Virus record (IMG/VR): IMGVR_UViG_3300029876_000020
Coordinates: 1 to 37,965 of that record
Reading direction: 5' to 3' (one strand)
Length of the DNA: 37,965 bases
Source of the DNA: a virus
The notes below the pieces were generated by a model. It was not told the DNA's origin. It did no database searches and saw nothing but the letters and a program-made list of their open reading frames with translations. Below are positions 14,747 through 22,296 of the stretch, one piece after another; position 1 is the stretch's first letter; each line of letters starts with the position of its first letter. The position numbers were made by a program, and so were the translations under genes.

Positions 14747-14827
14747 TGTCCGATTTGTCCGGAATGTCCGATTTGTCCGGAATGTCCGATTTGTCCGGAA
14801 TGTCCGATTTGTCCGGAATGTCCGTTT
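14747..14827 (+). repeat. Nine phased 9-bp units, each starting TGTCCG (18-bp unit TGTCCGATTTGTCCGGAA x4, plus TGTCCGTTT)
   Basis: Perfect tandem array. It is intergenic and ends 6 bp before the extended -10. Confidence 0.95.
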
Positions 14828-14833
14828 TTGATG

Positions 14834-14842
14834 TGGTATAAT
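14834..14842 (+). promoter_or_regulatory. Candidate late promoter: extended -10 TGGTATAAT with no -35
   Basis: TGnTATAAT consensus. The sequence at the -35 position is the last repeat unit. The genes downstream are the tRNAs and the packaging/structural genes. Confidence 0.55.
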
Positions 14843-14848
14843 GAAAAT

Positions 14849-14877
14849 GCGGTTACTGGGTGAGACACCCAGACCGC
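14849..14877 (+). promoter_or_regulatory. Strong stem-loop at the predicted 5' end of the late transcript
   Basis: GCGG-tta-CTGGGTG-aga-CACCCAG-a-CCGC. Confidence 0.5.
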
Positions 14878-15004
14878 TCATTGTGGATTCGAAAACTCCC
14901 GGCGGGAAGCATAGCACGGCGATGGAACGACGTGTTCAATGGGACATGCGCCGTCCGCTCCAAAACCCAGCGGCGCACGACACGATAAAACATTCACCCG
15001 GCGG

Positions 15005-15021
15005 GTGTCCATTGTGGACAC
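15005..15021 (+). other. GTGTCCA-TTG-TGGACAC hairpin (family copy B)
   Basis: Same 7-bp stem as at 2701, 20050 and 23126. It is preceded by TCACCCGGCGG, which also precedes copy A. There is no T-run. Confidence 0.5.
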
Positions 15022-15033
15022 ATTATACGATAT

Positions 15034-15179
15034 GCTGCCATAGCTTAGTGGGCTAGAGCGCTTTGCATCTGGTACATGCAAGGTAACATTGGCGATACAC
15101 ACCACCCATGGCTCTGCGTTTAGCCAGCGCAGAAGTTAATGCGGTGTGGGCGTTGGTTCAAATCCAACTGGCAGCACCA
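15034..15179 (+). tRNA. tRNA-like gene: Thr(GGU)-type anticodon loop, 8-bp anticodon stem, ~67-nt insertion at the variable-loop position, encoded CCA
   Basis: Acceptor stem GCTGCCA/TGGCAGC is perfect. D-arm GCTT-AGTGGGCTA-GAGC. Anticodon loop CTGGTAC (U33, A37). T-arm GTTGG-TTCAAAT-CCAAC. Ends in ACCA. Total length is 146 nt rather than ~76. Confidence 0.55.
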
Positions 15180-15243
15180 GACGCGCACCCTTTGAGGGGG
15201 CGGCGCGAATAGCGGGGCATCCGGCCGCGAAAGTTCTGGATGC

Positions 15244-15276
15244 AGCGGCCCTTCCGCAAAGGGGCCGCTTATTTTT
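15244..15276 (+). terminator. Intrinsic terminator between the two tRNA genes
   Basis: AGCGGCCC / GGGCCGCT 8-bp stem followed by TTATTTTT. Confidence 0.6.
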
Positions 15277-15278
15277 AT

Positions 15279-15351
15279 GCATCCGTAGCTCAGTCGGCAG
15301 AGCAGCGGGCTTTTAATCCGTGGGCCGCGAGTTCGAATCTCGCCGGACGCA
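15279..15351 (+). tRNA. tRNA-Lys (UUU)
   Basis: 73-nt cloverleaf. D-arm GCTC-AGTCGGCA-GAGC. Anticodon loop CTTTTAA. T-arm GCGAG-TTCGAAT-CTCGC. One A-C mismatch at 3:70. No encoded CCA. Confidence 0.85.
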
Positions 15352-15365
15352 TTGAGGTGACAGCA

Positions 15366-15722
15366 ATGACCGAATCCTTTTTACAATGGCTTCGCGGTCT
15401 GATTGCGGCGGGTGACGTGCATCCGTTCTACTGTTCTTCGCAGTGGGTTCGGCTGTCGCATGAGGTGCTGGACATGGACAAGCACGAGTGCCAGATCTGC
15501 AAGCAGCGCGGGCGATACCGGCGCGCTGACCTTGTGCACCATGTCAACCACGTCAAGGACGCACCGGACAAGGCGCTTGATATCTGGTATCAGGATGCCG
15601 GAGGCAACCAACAGCGCAACCTTATCAGTGTATGCAAGGACTGCCACGAGACAGTCTGCCACCCGGAGCGGCTGCGCAAGTGTAGGGAAGACAAACCACT
15701 AACAAAAGAGAGGTGGGATTAA
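15366..15722 (+). CDS. HNH endonuclease (packaging-associated)
   Basis: CQIC...DLVHHVNHV...NLISVCKDCHETVCH. Start moved to ATG 15366 after GAGGTGA, because the longer ORF reads through tRNA-Lys. It lies upstream of terS/terL. Confidence 0.88.
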   Translation: MTESFLQWLRGLIAAGDVHPFYCSSQWVRLSHEVLDMDKHECQICKQRGRYRRADLVHHVNHVKDAPDKALDIWYQDAGGNQQRNLISVCKDCHETVCHPERLRKCREDKPLTKERWD

Positions 15723-15723
15723 T

Positions 15724-15933
15724 ATGGCAAATGTCGCGTATAAAGGAAAAGTTCCGGTTGCAATCACTATGAACGAGCCTGAAACCAGAAGATGCTATGA
15801 TGCTTCTGTTGGCTGGGTCACTGTGTATTTTGCAAAGCCGGACAAACAGATGGATGATAAAATGGCAACGGAATTCGTGAGAAAGCAATTGGAAATTGGG
15901 GTAGAAGAGGCTATGAAGTCATACAAGAGATGA
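15724..15933 (+). CDS. Hypothetical protein (69 aa)
   Basis: Starts 1 nt after the HNH stop. Confidence 0.5.
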   Translation: MANVAYKGKVPVAITMNEPETRRCYDASVGWVTVYFAKPDKQMDDKMATEFVRKQLEIGVEEAMKSYKR

Positions 15934-16075
15934 CCCACCCCCCTCCCGGAAAAACGGCCCAGACCCGGCCCTGCCTTACTCGTGGTGTCCCCTGCCTGTC
16001 GAGATTTTCTCCTGCGCACGCGCACGCGCGGGAATCATGGTCAATTTGCACAAAAACGGAAGAAAGGACAACGCA

Positions 16076-16432
16076 ATGGCAAAACGGATGAAAACGGTTC
16101 CGACCTGTGAAAAATACCGGCAGGAATTGCAGGAAATCGAAGACGCCGCGAAGGCCGCGAACTGCGATACAAACTTTTTGTATCGCACTACGCTCGATCG
16201 GTACGTTACACAGCTTGATCTTCTGACCAATGCGCAGGACGACATGAACAAAAACGGACTGACGGTCAGGAAGATCACGCCGAGAGGGGCGGAGGTCGAA
16301 GTGGCAAATCCGGCGATCCAAATCTATAACCAGACGGCCAGTGCCGCGAACTCCACCGTTTCGACGCTGCTGCGCATTGTCCAGACCTTCAAGTTTATGG
16401 CCGCTAAGGCCGATGAGGACGATGAGCTGTAA
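16076..16432 (+). CDS. terS: Terminase small subunit (P27-family-like)
   Basis: Lies directly upstream of terL. Motif ...NGLTVRKITPRGAEVEVANPAIQIYNQ.... RBS GAAAGGA. Confidence 0.7.
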   Translation: MAKRMKTVPTCEKYRQELQEIEDAAKAANCDTNFLYRTTLDRYVTQLDLLTNAQDDMNKNGLTVRKITPRGAEVEVANPAIQIYNQTASAANSTVSTLLRIVQTFKFMAAKADEDDEL

Positions 16433-18092
16433 CATTCCCCCGGAGATTTTGGAGTATATCGAGCAGGTGGAGGCCGACCAACCCCGCGCCTGTAAAGAGC
16501 AGCACGCTCTTGCTGCTCTGATCCGGCGTATTTTTCAAACAGAAGATATTTACGTGGATACCGAGCGAATGAGGAAATATTTCCGACTCGCCCGGTATTT
16601 TCCGTATGACCAGCTTTTTCCGTGGCAGACGTTTGCGCTGGGGCTGTGGTTGTGCACCTACCGCGCAGACCGCACCACCCCCCGCTTCAAAACATTATTT
16701 GCCATGGTGGGCCGTGGCGCGGGCAAGGACGGCGTGATCGCAGTCTCTTCCGCTGCCCTCATCAGCCCATACAACCCGGTGCCTCACTACAATGTGGACA
16801 TCTGCGCCAACAATGAGGAACAAGCCGTCACCCCCGTCAAGGACATTGTCGAAGCGCTGGAAAACCCGAAGTGGGAAGCGAAGCTATCAAAATACTACTA
16901 CCACACAAAGGAGATCCTGCGCGGTCGAAAAAACCTTGGCGAAGTCAAGGGCCGCACCAACAACCCGAAAGGGCGCGACGGTATGCGCTCCGGTGCGGTC
17001 ATCTTTAACGAAGTTCACCAATATCAGAATTACGACAACATCAAAGTCTTCGTGACCGGTCAAGGCAAAGTTGCCGAGCCGCGCGTGGGCTTTTTTACGT
17101 CCAACGGAGACGTCAGCGACGGCCCGCTGGACGACTATCTTGCCCGCGGACGCCGCATCCTGTTCGAGGGTGAAGCGGATGAGGGTTTCCTGCCGTTCAT
17201 TTGCTGCCTGAACTCCAAAGATCAGGTGCACGATGAAAACAATTGGTGCATGGCGAACCCATCGCTCCCGTATCTTCCGCACCTGATGCAGGAAATTCGG
17301 GACGAATACCGAGACTGGAAGGAGCGTCCGGAGCAGAACGGCGATTTTATCACGAAGCGGATGGGCATTCGAGAGGGCGCAAAGGAAATCACCGTGACAG
17401 ACTACGAAAATATCAAGGCCACCAACAAGCCCCTCCCTGATCTGAGCGGGTGGAACTGCACCGTCGGCATCGACTACGCCGAACTGAACGACTGGGCGGC
17501 GGTCGATCTGCACTTCCGGCGTGGGGATCAGCGCTATGATATCAACCACGCATGGATATGCGCCAACAGCCGCACGCTGCCGCGCATCAAGGCCCCATGG
17601 AAAACATGGTGCGAGATGGGCTGCTGCACCTATGTGGACGATGTGAGCATCTCACCTTATCTGCTGACGGATTACATCCGGGAAGCAGGACGGAAGTACA
17701 ACATCAAGAAGCTGGCGCTGGATAATTTCCGCTACACCATGATGGCCGAGGCGCTGCAAAGCATCGGATTCGACGCCAAGGACAAGGCTCGCATCAAGCT
17801 GATCCGGCCCAGCGACATCATGCAGGTCGATCCGGTCATTCAAGACTGCTTCGACCGCGGCCTTTTTACATGGGGCGACTCCCCACATCTGCGCTGGGCC
17901 GTCAACAACACGAAACGTGTCCGCAGCAGTCGAAGCCAAGGCGTTGATACCGGTAATTTTATCTATGCAAAAATTGAAGCAAAGGGCCGGAAGACCGACC
18001 CGTTTATGGCCCTTGTGGCCGCCATGGCCATTGAGGGAGAGCTGGGCACCGGTCAGGTGCAGCTCCCGAAAATCGGAGCAATCTACTGGTAA
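16413..18092 (+). CDS. terL: Terminase large subunit
   Basis: Walker A FAMVGRGAGKDGV. ~560 aa. The start is uncertain (ATG 16413 or 16422) and overlaps the end of terS. Confidence 0.9.
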   Translation: MRTMSCNIPPEILEYIEQVEADQPRACKEQHALAALIRRIFQTEDIYVDTERMRKYFRLARYFPYDQLFPWQTFALGLWLCTYRADRTTPRFKTLFAMVGRGAGKDGVIAVSSAALISPYNPVPHYNVDICANNEEQAVTPVKDIVEALENPKWEAKLSKYYYHTKEILRGRKNLGEVKGRTNNPKGRDGMRSGAVIFNEVHQYQNYDNIKVFVTGQGKVAEPRVGFFTSNGDVSDGPLDDYLARGRRILFEGEADEGFLPFICCLNSKDQVHDENNWCMANPSLPYLPHLMQEIRDEYRDWKERPEQNGDFITKRMGIREGAKEITVTDYENIKATNKPLPDLSGWNCTVGIDYAELNDWAAVDLHFRRGDQRYDINHAWICANSRTLPRIKAPWKTWCEMGCCTYVDDVSISPYLLTDYIREAGRKYNIKKLALDNFRYTMMAEALQSIGFDAKDKARIKLIRPSDIMQVDPVIQDCFDRGLFTWGDSPHLRWAVNNTKRVRSSRSQGVDTGNFIYAKIEAKGRKTDPFMALVAAMAIEGELGTGQVQLPKIGAIYW

Positions 18093-18104
18093 GGAGTTTT
18101 GAAC

Positions 18105-19331
18105 ATGTCTTTTTTCGGAAAAATCGGCGCTTTTTTCGCTCCAAAAAACGAAGGGCTCAAGCTCCCTGCACAGCAGATTACCTCGACCGATGTGCCCATC
18201 AATGCGGAAGCGGCCAAAAAGTCCCTTGCCGAATGGATGGACTGCTGGCAGGAATACCGGCTGCGTGATCTGGCCTTCAATGCCTGTGTGAACCTCATCG
18301 CAAAGGCTATCGCTAACTGCGAGTTCAAGACCTACCAGAACGGGGAAGCGGTCAAAAAAGATTACTACTATATGCTCAACGTGGAACCCAACATCAACGA
18401 AAACAGCACCGCGTTTTGGCAGAAAGTAATTTATCGCCTCTACAAAGACAATGAGGCGCTGATCCTTTCCACCCCGCGCGGCGGGATGCCGAATCTGGTA
18501 GTGGCAGACAGTTGGACGAAACCGGCGTACTTTCCGGCACAGGAAAACATCTACCGGCAAATCCAAGTGGGTGACGAAGCCTATACCCGCGATCTGAAGG
18601 AAAGCGAGGTCATCCACCTTGTGCTGAACAGCGCCGACGCCAAGGCCGTGGTAGATGCGCTATACGGCAGCTATCAAAAGCTGCTGGAAGTCAGCATGAA
18701 GAGTTTCGGCAGGGAAAACGGCCAGCGGATGAAAGTCCATGTGGATCAAGTGAGTTCCGGTCAGAAAGATTTTGAAAAAGTGTTTGCGGAAATGGTCAAC
18801 AACAACATCAAACCGTTTTTGCAGAACGATTTCGGCATCCTGCCGGAATTTGACGGCTACCATTACGAAATGATGGACGGCACCGGAAAAAGCGGCGACA
18901 CGCGGGACATCCGGGCGCTTGTGGATGATATTTTTTCCTTCACGGCGCGCGGGTTTGGCATCCCGCCTGTTTTGGTGATGGGAGACGTGGCCGGGATCAA
19001 GGATGTTGCGACCCATTGGCTGACGACCTGTATTGACCCGCTTGCCTCCCAGATCAGCGAAGAGCTGAACCGCAAGCTGTATGGCCGCCGTGTCTGGCAG
19101 CGGGGTGACCGCGTCAGCGTCGATACCTCGACCATCCAGCATTTCGACATCCTGAGCAACGCGGCCAACGTCGAGAAGATCGTCGGCTCGGCAGTCTGGA
19201 GCCCCAACGACATCCTCGAAATGTGCGGGCAGGAACCGCTCCCGTACGACTGGGCCAATACCCACTGGATGACCAAAAACATTGCGACGGTGGAGGCCAT
19301 TGCCAAAAACGCCGCATCCACTACCACCTAA
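18105..19331 (+). CDS. Portal protein (HK97 family-like)
   Basis: 408 aa. Lies between terL and the protease. RBS AAGGAG 8 nt upstream. Confidence 0.85.
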   Translation: MSFFGKIGAFFAPKNEGLKLPAQQITSTDVPINAEAAKKSLAEWMDCWQEYRLRDLAFNACVNLIAKAIANCEFKTYQNGEAVKKDYYYMLNVEPNINENSTAFWQKVIYRLYKDNEALILSTPRGGMPNLVVADSWTKPAYFPAQENIYRQIQVGDEAYTRDLKESEVIHLVLNSADAKAVVDALYGSYQKLLEVSMKSFGRENGQRMKVHVDQVSSGQKDFEKVFAEMVNNNIKPFLQNDFGILPEFDGYHYEMMDGTGKSGDTRDIRALVDDIFSFTARGFGIPPVLVMGDVAGIKDVATHWLTTCIDPLASQISEELNRKLYGRRVWQRGDRVSVDTSTIQHFDILSNAANVEKIVGSAVWSPNDILEMCGQEPLPYDWANTHWMTKNIATVEAIAKNAASTTT

Positions 19332-19346
19332 AAGGAGGACAAGCAA

Positions 19347-20033
19347 ATGCCCAAACCGTATTTTGACTATCAGCAGTCCGGCGAGGAAGCCAACATCTAC
19401 ATCTACGGAGACATCACGAGCTACCCGTGGGAACAGAGCGATGTCAGCGCCTACCGGCTGGCGAACCAGTTGGAACAGGCCGGAGACCTTGCCGAGATCA
19501 ACGTCCATGTGGACAGCTACGGCGGCGAGGTCTCGGAGGGCTTCGCCATTTACAACGCGCTGCGGAATAAAAACGCACAGGTCAAGACCTACGCCGACGG
19601 CTTTGTGGCCAGCGCGGCCATTTACCCGTTTCTGGCCGGTGCGGAGCGCATCGCCAACAATGTGAGCGCCTTCTATTTTCATCCGGTCATCGGCGGCACC
19701 TATGGCTATTCCGAGGACCTCCGCGAAGCTGCGGACGAGCTGGACAAACTGACCGAGATCGGGCTGGGGGCATTCACCAATGCCGGAATGAAGGAACAGG
19801 CCGCGCGTGATCTCATCCAAAGCAAAACGTGGTACACCCCGGAAGCAGTCCTCGACATGGGCCTTGCCACTAGCATCCAGAAGGGCCGCAGCTCCGAAGA
19901 AGCAAGCCAGAGCGTGCGTGATTTGGTCATCCGCCAGATGCTCGTCATTCCCGGCACGCCGCCCAAGGAGCCGCCGAAAGAGCCGCCCGAACCGCCGAAA
20001 AACAGCTTGCTGAGCCTGTTTTCCAAAATCTGA
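19347..20033 (+). CDS. ClpP-like (S14) prohead maturation protease
   Basis: IYIYGDI...INVHVDSYGGEVSEGFAIYNAL...YADGFVASAA pattern. Confidence 0.85.
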   Translation: MPKPYFDYQQSGEEANIYIYGDITSYPWEQSDVSAYRLANQLEQAGDLAEINVHVDSYGGEVSEGFAIYNALRNKNAQVKTYADGFVASAAIYPFLAGAERIANNVSAFYFHPVIGGTYGYSEDLREAADELDKLTEIGLGAFTNAGMKEQAARDLIQSKTWYTPEAVLDMGLATSIQKGRSSEEASQSVRDLVIRQMLVIPGTPPKEPPKEPPEPPKNSLLSLFSKI

Positions 20034-20044
20034 ATTTTGCCGTA

Positions 20045-20074
20045 AAGCCGTGTCCACCGTGGACACGGCTTTTT
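20045..20074 (+). terminator. Strong intrinsic terminator between the protease and capsid genes (hairpin family copy C)
   Basis: AAGCCGTGTCCA-CCG-TGGACACGGCTT: perfect 12-bp stem, then TTTT. Confidence 0.75.
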
Positions 20075-20100
20075 GAATACCTCAAAAAGGAGATATGATC

Positions 20101-21588
20101 ATGAACCTGAAAGAGATGTATCAGAAAAGCCAGAAGCTGACCGAACTGCGCCAGAAGCTGCACGATGCCGTCCAGAACAACAACGCGGACGGCGTGTCCG
20201 ATATCTTTACGGAGATGTGCCAGACCATCGGCGACATCAATGCCGAGGAGTACCGGGCCGAGCTGAACGGTCTGCGCCAGAGCCTCGACAACTCGGTGCT
20301 GTACGCCCGCGGCGTCCGCCAGCTTACCACCGACGAAAAAGAGTACTACCAGAAGATCACCGAGGCCCTGCGCAGCGATAACCCCAAACAGGCCCTGAAC
20401 AACGTCGATGTGACCTTCCCTCAGACCATCATCTCCCGCGTGATGGACGATCTGACCGAGCAGCACCCGCTGCTGAAGAAAATCCAGTTCACCCCGACCG
20501 GCGGTGCGATCCGCATGATGCTGAACACCGATGGCCGCAACAAGGCCGCTTGGGGCAAGCTGTGCGCTGAGATCATCAACGAGGTCACCTCCGGCTTCAA
20601 GGAAGTGGATGTGGGCCTGTACAAGCTTTCCGCTTTTATCCCGGTCTGCAAGGCACAGCTCGACCTCGGCCCCGAATGGCTCGACCGCTACATCCGCGCG
20701 ATCCTTGCGGAAGCGCTTGCCAACGGCCTCGAAGAGGGCATCGTCACCGGCGACGGCAAGGATAAGCCCATTGGCATGATCCGCGACGTGAGCGAGAGCG
20801 CTTCCGTTGTTTCCGGCACCTACCCCGAAAAGGCAAAGGTCAAGGTCACCGATTTCGAGCCCACCACCATGGGCAAGCTGATCGCACTGCTGGCCGTCAC
20901 CGCCAATGGCAAGGATCGCAACCCCGACGACCTCATTCTGCTGGTCAACCCGCAGGACTACTATGAGAAGGTCATGCCCGCCACCACCATGCGTGCACCG
21001 GATGGCACCTACCGCAACAACGTCCTGCCGTACCCCACCGAGATCATCCCGGTCTCTGCGCTGCCGCGCGGTCAGGCCGTGTTCGGCATTGGCCGCCTGT
21101 ACTTCGCCGCCGTCGGCATGAATAAGGGCGGTCGTCTGGAGTATGACGACTCGAACCGCTTCCTCGAAGATGAGCGCGTTTACCTCATCAAGCTGTACGC
21201 AAACGGTTTCCCCATCGACAACAACGCTTTCCTGAACCTCGATATTTCCGGTCTGCGCCCGCTGACCTACAAGGTCGAGACCGCCACCGCGCCCACCCCG
21301 TCCACCGATGCGAACCTGTCTGCTCTGAAGCTTGGCAACCTGTCCCTGTCTCCGGCTTTCAGTGCGGCTACCACCAGCTACACCGTTTCGACCACTGCCG
21401 CTTCCAACGTTATCACTGCCACCCCGGCCAATGCGGGCGCAACGGTTGAGGTCAAGGTCGGCGCAAAGGTCATCGAAAACGGCAAGGCCGCAACGTGGGC
21501 AGAAGGCTCCAACACCGTGACCATCAAGGTAACGGCGGAAGACGGTACCACCACCAAGGAGTATACCGTCACTGTCTCTAAGTCCTGA
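20101..21588 (+). CDS. Major capsid protein (HK97 fold, N-terminal delta/scaffold-like region, C-terminal cadherin-like Ig domain)
   Basis: Lies after the protease. N-terminal coiled coil of ~100 aa. The last ~94 aa match the cadherin-like beta-sandwich pattern (LSALKLGNLSLSPAFSAATTSYTV...TVTIKVTAEDGTTTKEYTVTV). Confidence 0.85.
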   Translation: MNLKEMYQKSQKLTELRQKLHDAVQNNNADGVSDIFTEMCQTIGDINAEEYRAELNGLRQSLDNSVLYARGVRQLTTDEKEYYQKITEALRSDNPKQALNNVDVTFPQTIISRVMDDLTEQHPLLKKIQFTPTGGAIRMMLNTDGRNKAAWGKLCAEIINEVTSGFKEVDVGLYKLSAFIPVCKAQLDLGPEWLDRYIRAILAEALANGLEEGIVTGDGKDKPIGMIRDVSESASVVSGTYPEKAKVKVTDFEPTTMGKLIALLAVTANGKDRNPDDLILLVNPQDYYEKVMPATTMRAPDGTYRNNVLPYPTEIIPVSALPRGQAVFGIGRLYFAAVGMNKGGRLEYDDSNRFLEDERVYLIKLYANGFPIDNNAFLNLDISGLRPLTYKVETATAPTPSTDANLSALKLGNLSLSPAFSAATTSYTVSTTAASNVITATPANAGATVEVKVGAKVIENGKAATWAEGSNTVTIKVTAEDGTTTKEYTVTVSKS

Positions 21589-21590
21589 CC

Positions 21591-21920
21591 ATGACGACCA
21601 TCTGGGACGGTATCCGGGAAGTGCTGCTCCCGGATATCAAGAACTATCTGGATATCACATGGGCCGATGAGGTCACAGATTCGAAAATCTGGGGCATTGC
21701 CGTCGGCGGTATGTCCTATCTGGACAGCAAGATCGGCGCGCCGCAGGATTATACCATGCCCGGCATGCACCGGGATCTGTTGATGGATTATGTCCGCTAT
21801 GCCCGCGACGGCGCAGCGGACATTTTTGAAAACAACTACCGCCACCTTATTCTGGCGGCGCAGAACGAAAGGCGGGTGATTGCCTATGCCGCGCAAACTT
21901 CCGACTCGACCGACCAATGA
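21591..21920 (+). CDS. Head-tail connector (gp6-like)
   Basis: Position, size, and the IKNYLDITWADEVTDSKIW motif. Confidence 0.6.
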   Translation: MTTIWDGIREVLLPDIKNYLDITWADEVTDSKIWGIAVGGMSYLDSKIGAPQDYTMPGMHRDLLMDYVRYARDGAADIFENNYRHLILAAQNERRVIAYAAQTSDSTDQ

Positions 21921-22296
21921 CATCTCCCAGAATTTCAACTCCGGCGTCATCGGCATCTTTTCGGCGAAGGACGTGGCCGAGATCGGCCACCAGCCGAAGA
22001 TTGAGCTGAAGAAAAAGCTTTCGACCATGTACGAGGAGCAGCGGTTGGGCATCAATCGGCTGTACCTGAGCCGCCAGAACCTCGCGGAGATCGTCCGTGT
22101 GGTGCGGGTGCCCCGTGCGCCGTTTCCGATCAGCAGCCAAGACGTCGCGCAGACCGAGGACGGCCAGCACTACCGCATCGACACGGTGCAGATGGTGGAG
22201 GGCTGTCACCCGGCGGCAATGGATATTAGTCTGCGGGCAGTCGAAGAAGACTTCGATGCCCGGCTGAAGGAGGACAAGGCCGATGAAGTGGAGTGA
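21886..22296 (+). CDS. Head closure / head-tail adaptor protein
   Basis: Position and size. Overlaps the previous gene by 35 nt. Confidence 0.5.
   Translation: MPRKLPTRPTNDISQNFNSGVIGIFSAKDVAEIGHQPKIELKKKLSTMYEEQRLGINRLYLSRQNLAEIVRVVRVPRAPFPISSQDVAQTEDGQHYRIDTVQMVEGCHPAAMDISLRAVEEDFDARLKEDKADEVE

Noticed and set aside
14747-14827. Possible CRISPR array, given the regular short repeats
   Set aside because: The units are contiguous, with no spacers, and are only 9/18 bp long. No cas genes or leader are present. This is a tandem direct repeat, not a CRISPR array.
14624-14917. 97-aa minus-strand ORF containing RTFRTNRTFRTN...
   Set aside because: The repetitive peptide is simply the translation of the 18-bp tandem repeat. 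There is no RBS, and the ORF overlaps the promoter and repeat region.
14841-15056. 71-aa plus-strand ORF downstream of the late promoter
   Set aside because: Its ATG lies inside the -10 element and it has no RBS. It runs through strong hairpins into the tRNA-like gene, so it is more likely a non-coding leader.
15034-15179. tmRNA, or a tRNA interrupted by a group I intron
   Set aside because: At 146 nt it is far too short for a tmRNA (no tag ORF or pseudoknots) or for a group I intron. The insertion is at the variable loop, not the anticodon loop. It is kept as an unexplained tRNA-like gene.
15240-15365. N-terminal extension of the HNH ORF (track ORF 15240..15722)
   Set aside because: The extension reads through an intrinsic terminator and the whole tRNA-Lys gene. 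A proper RBS (GAGGTGA) precedes ATG 15366.
16010-16032. GCGCACGCGCACGCGCG simple repeat upstream of terS
   Set aside because: It is a short low-complexity GC tract. It is noted only as part of the candidate cos gap and there is not enough evidence to call it a separate feature.
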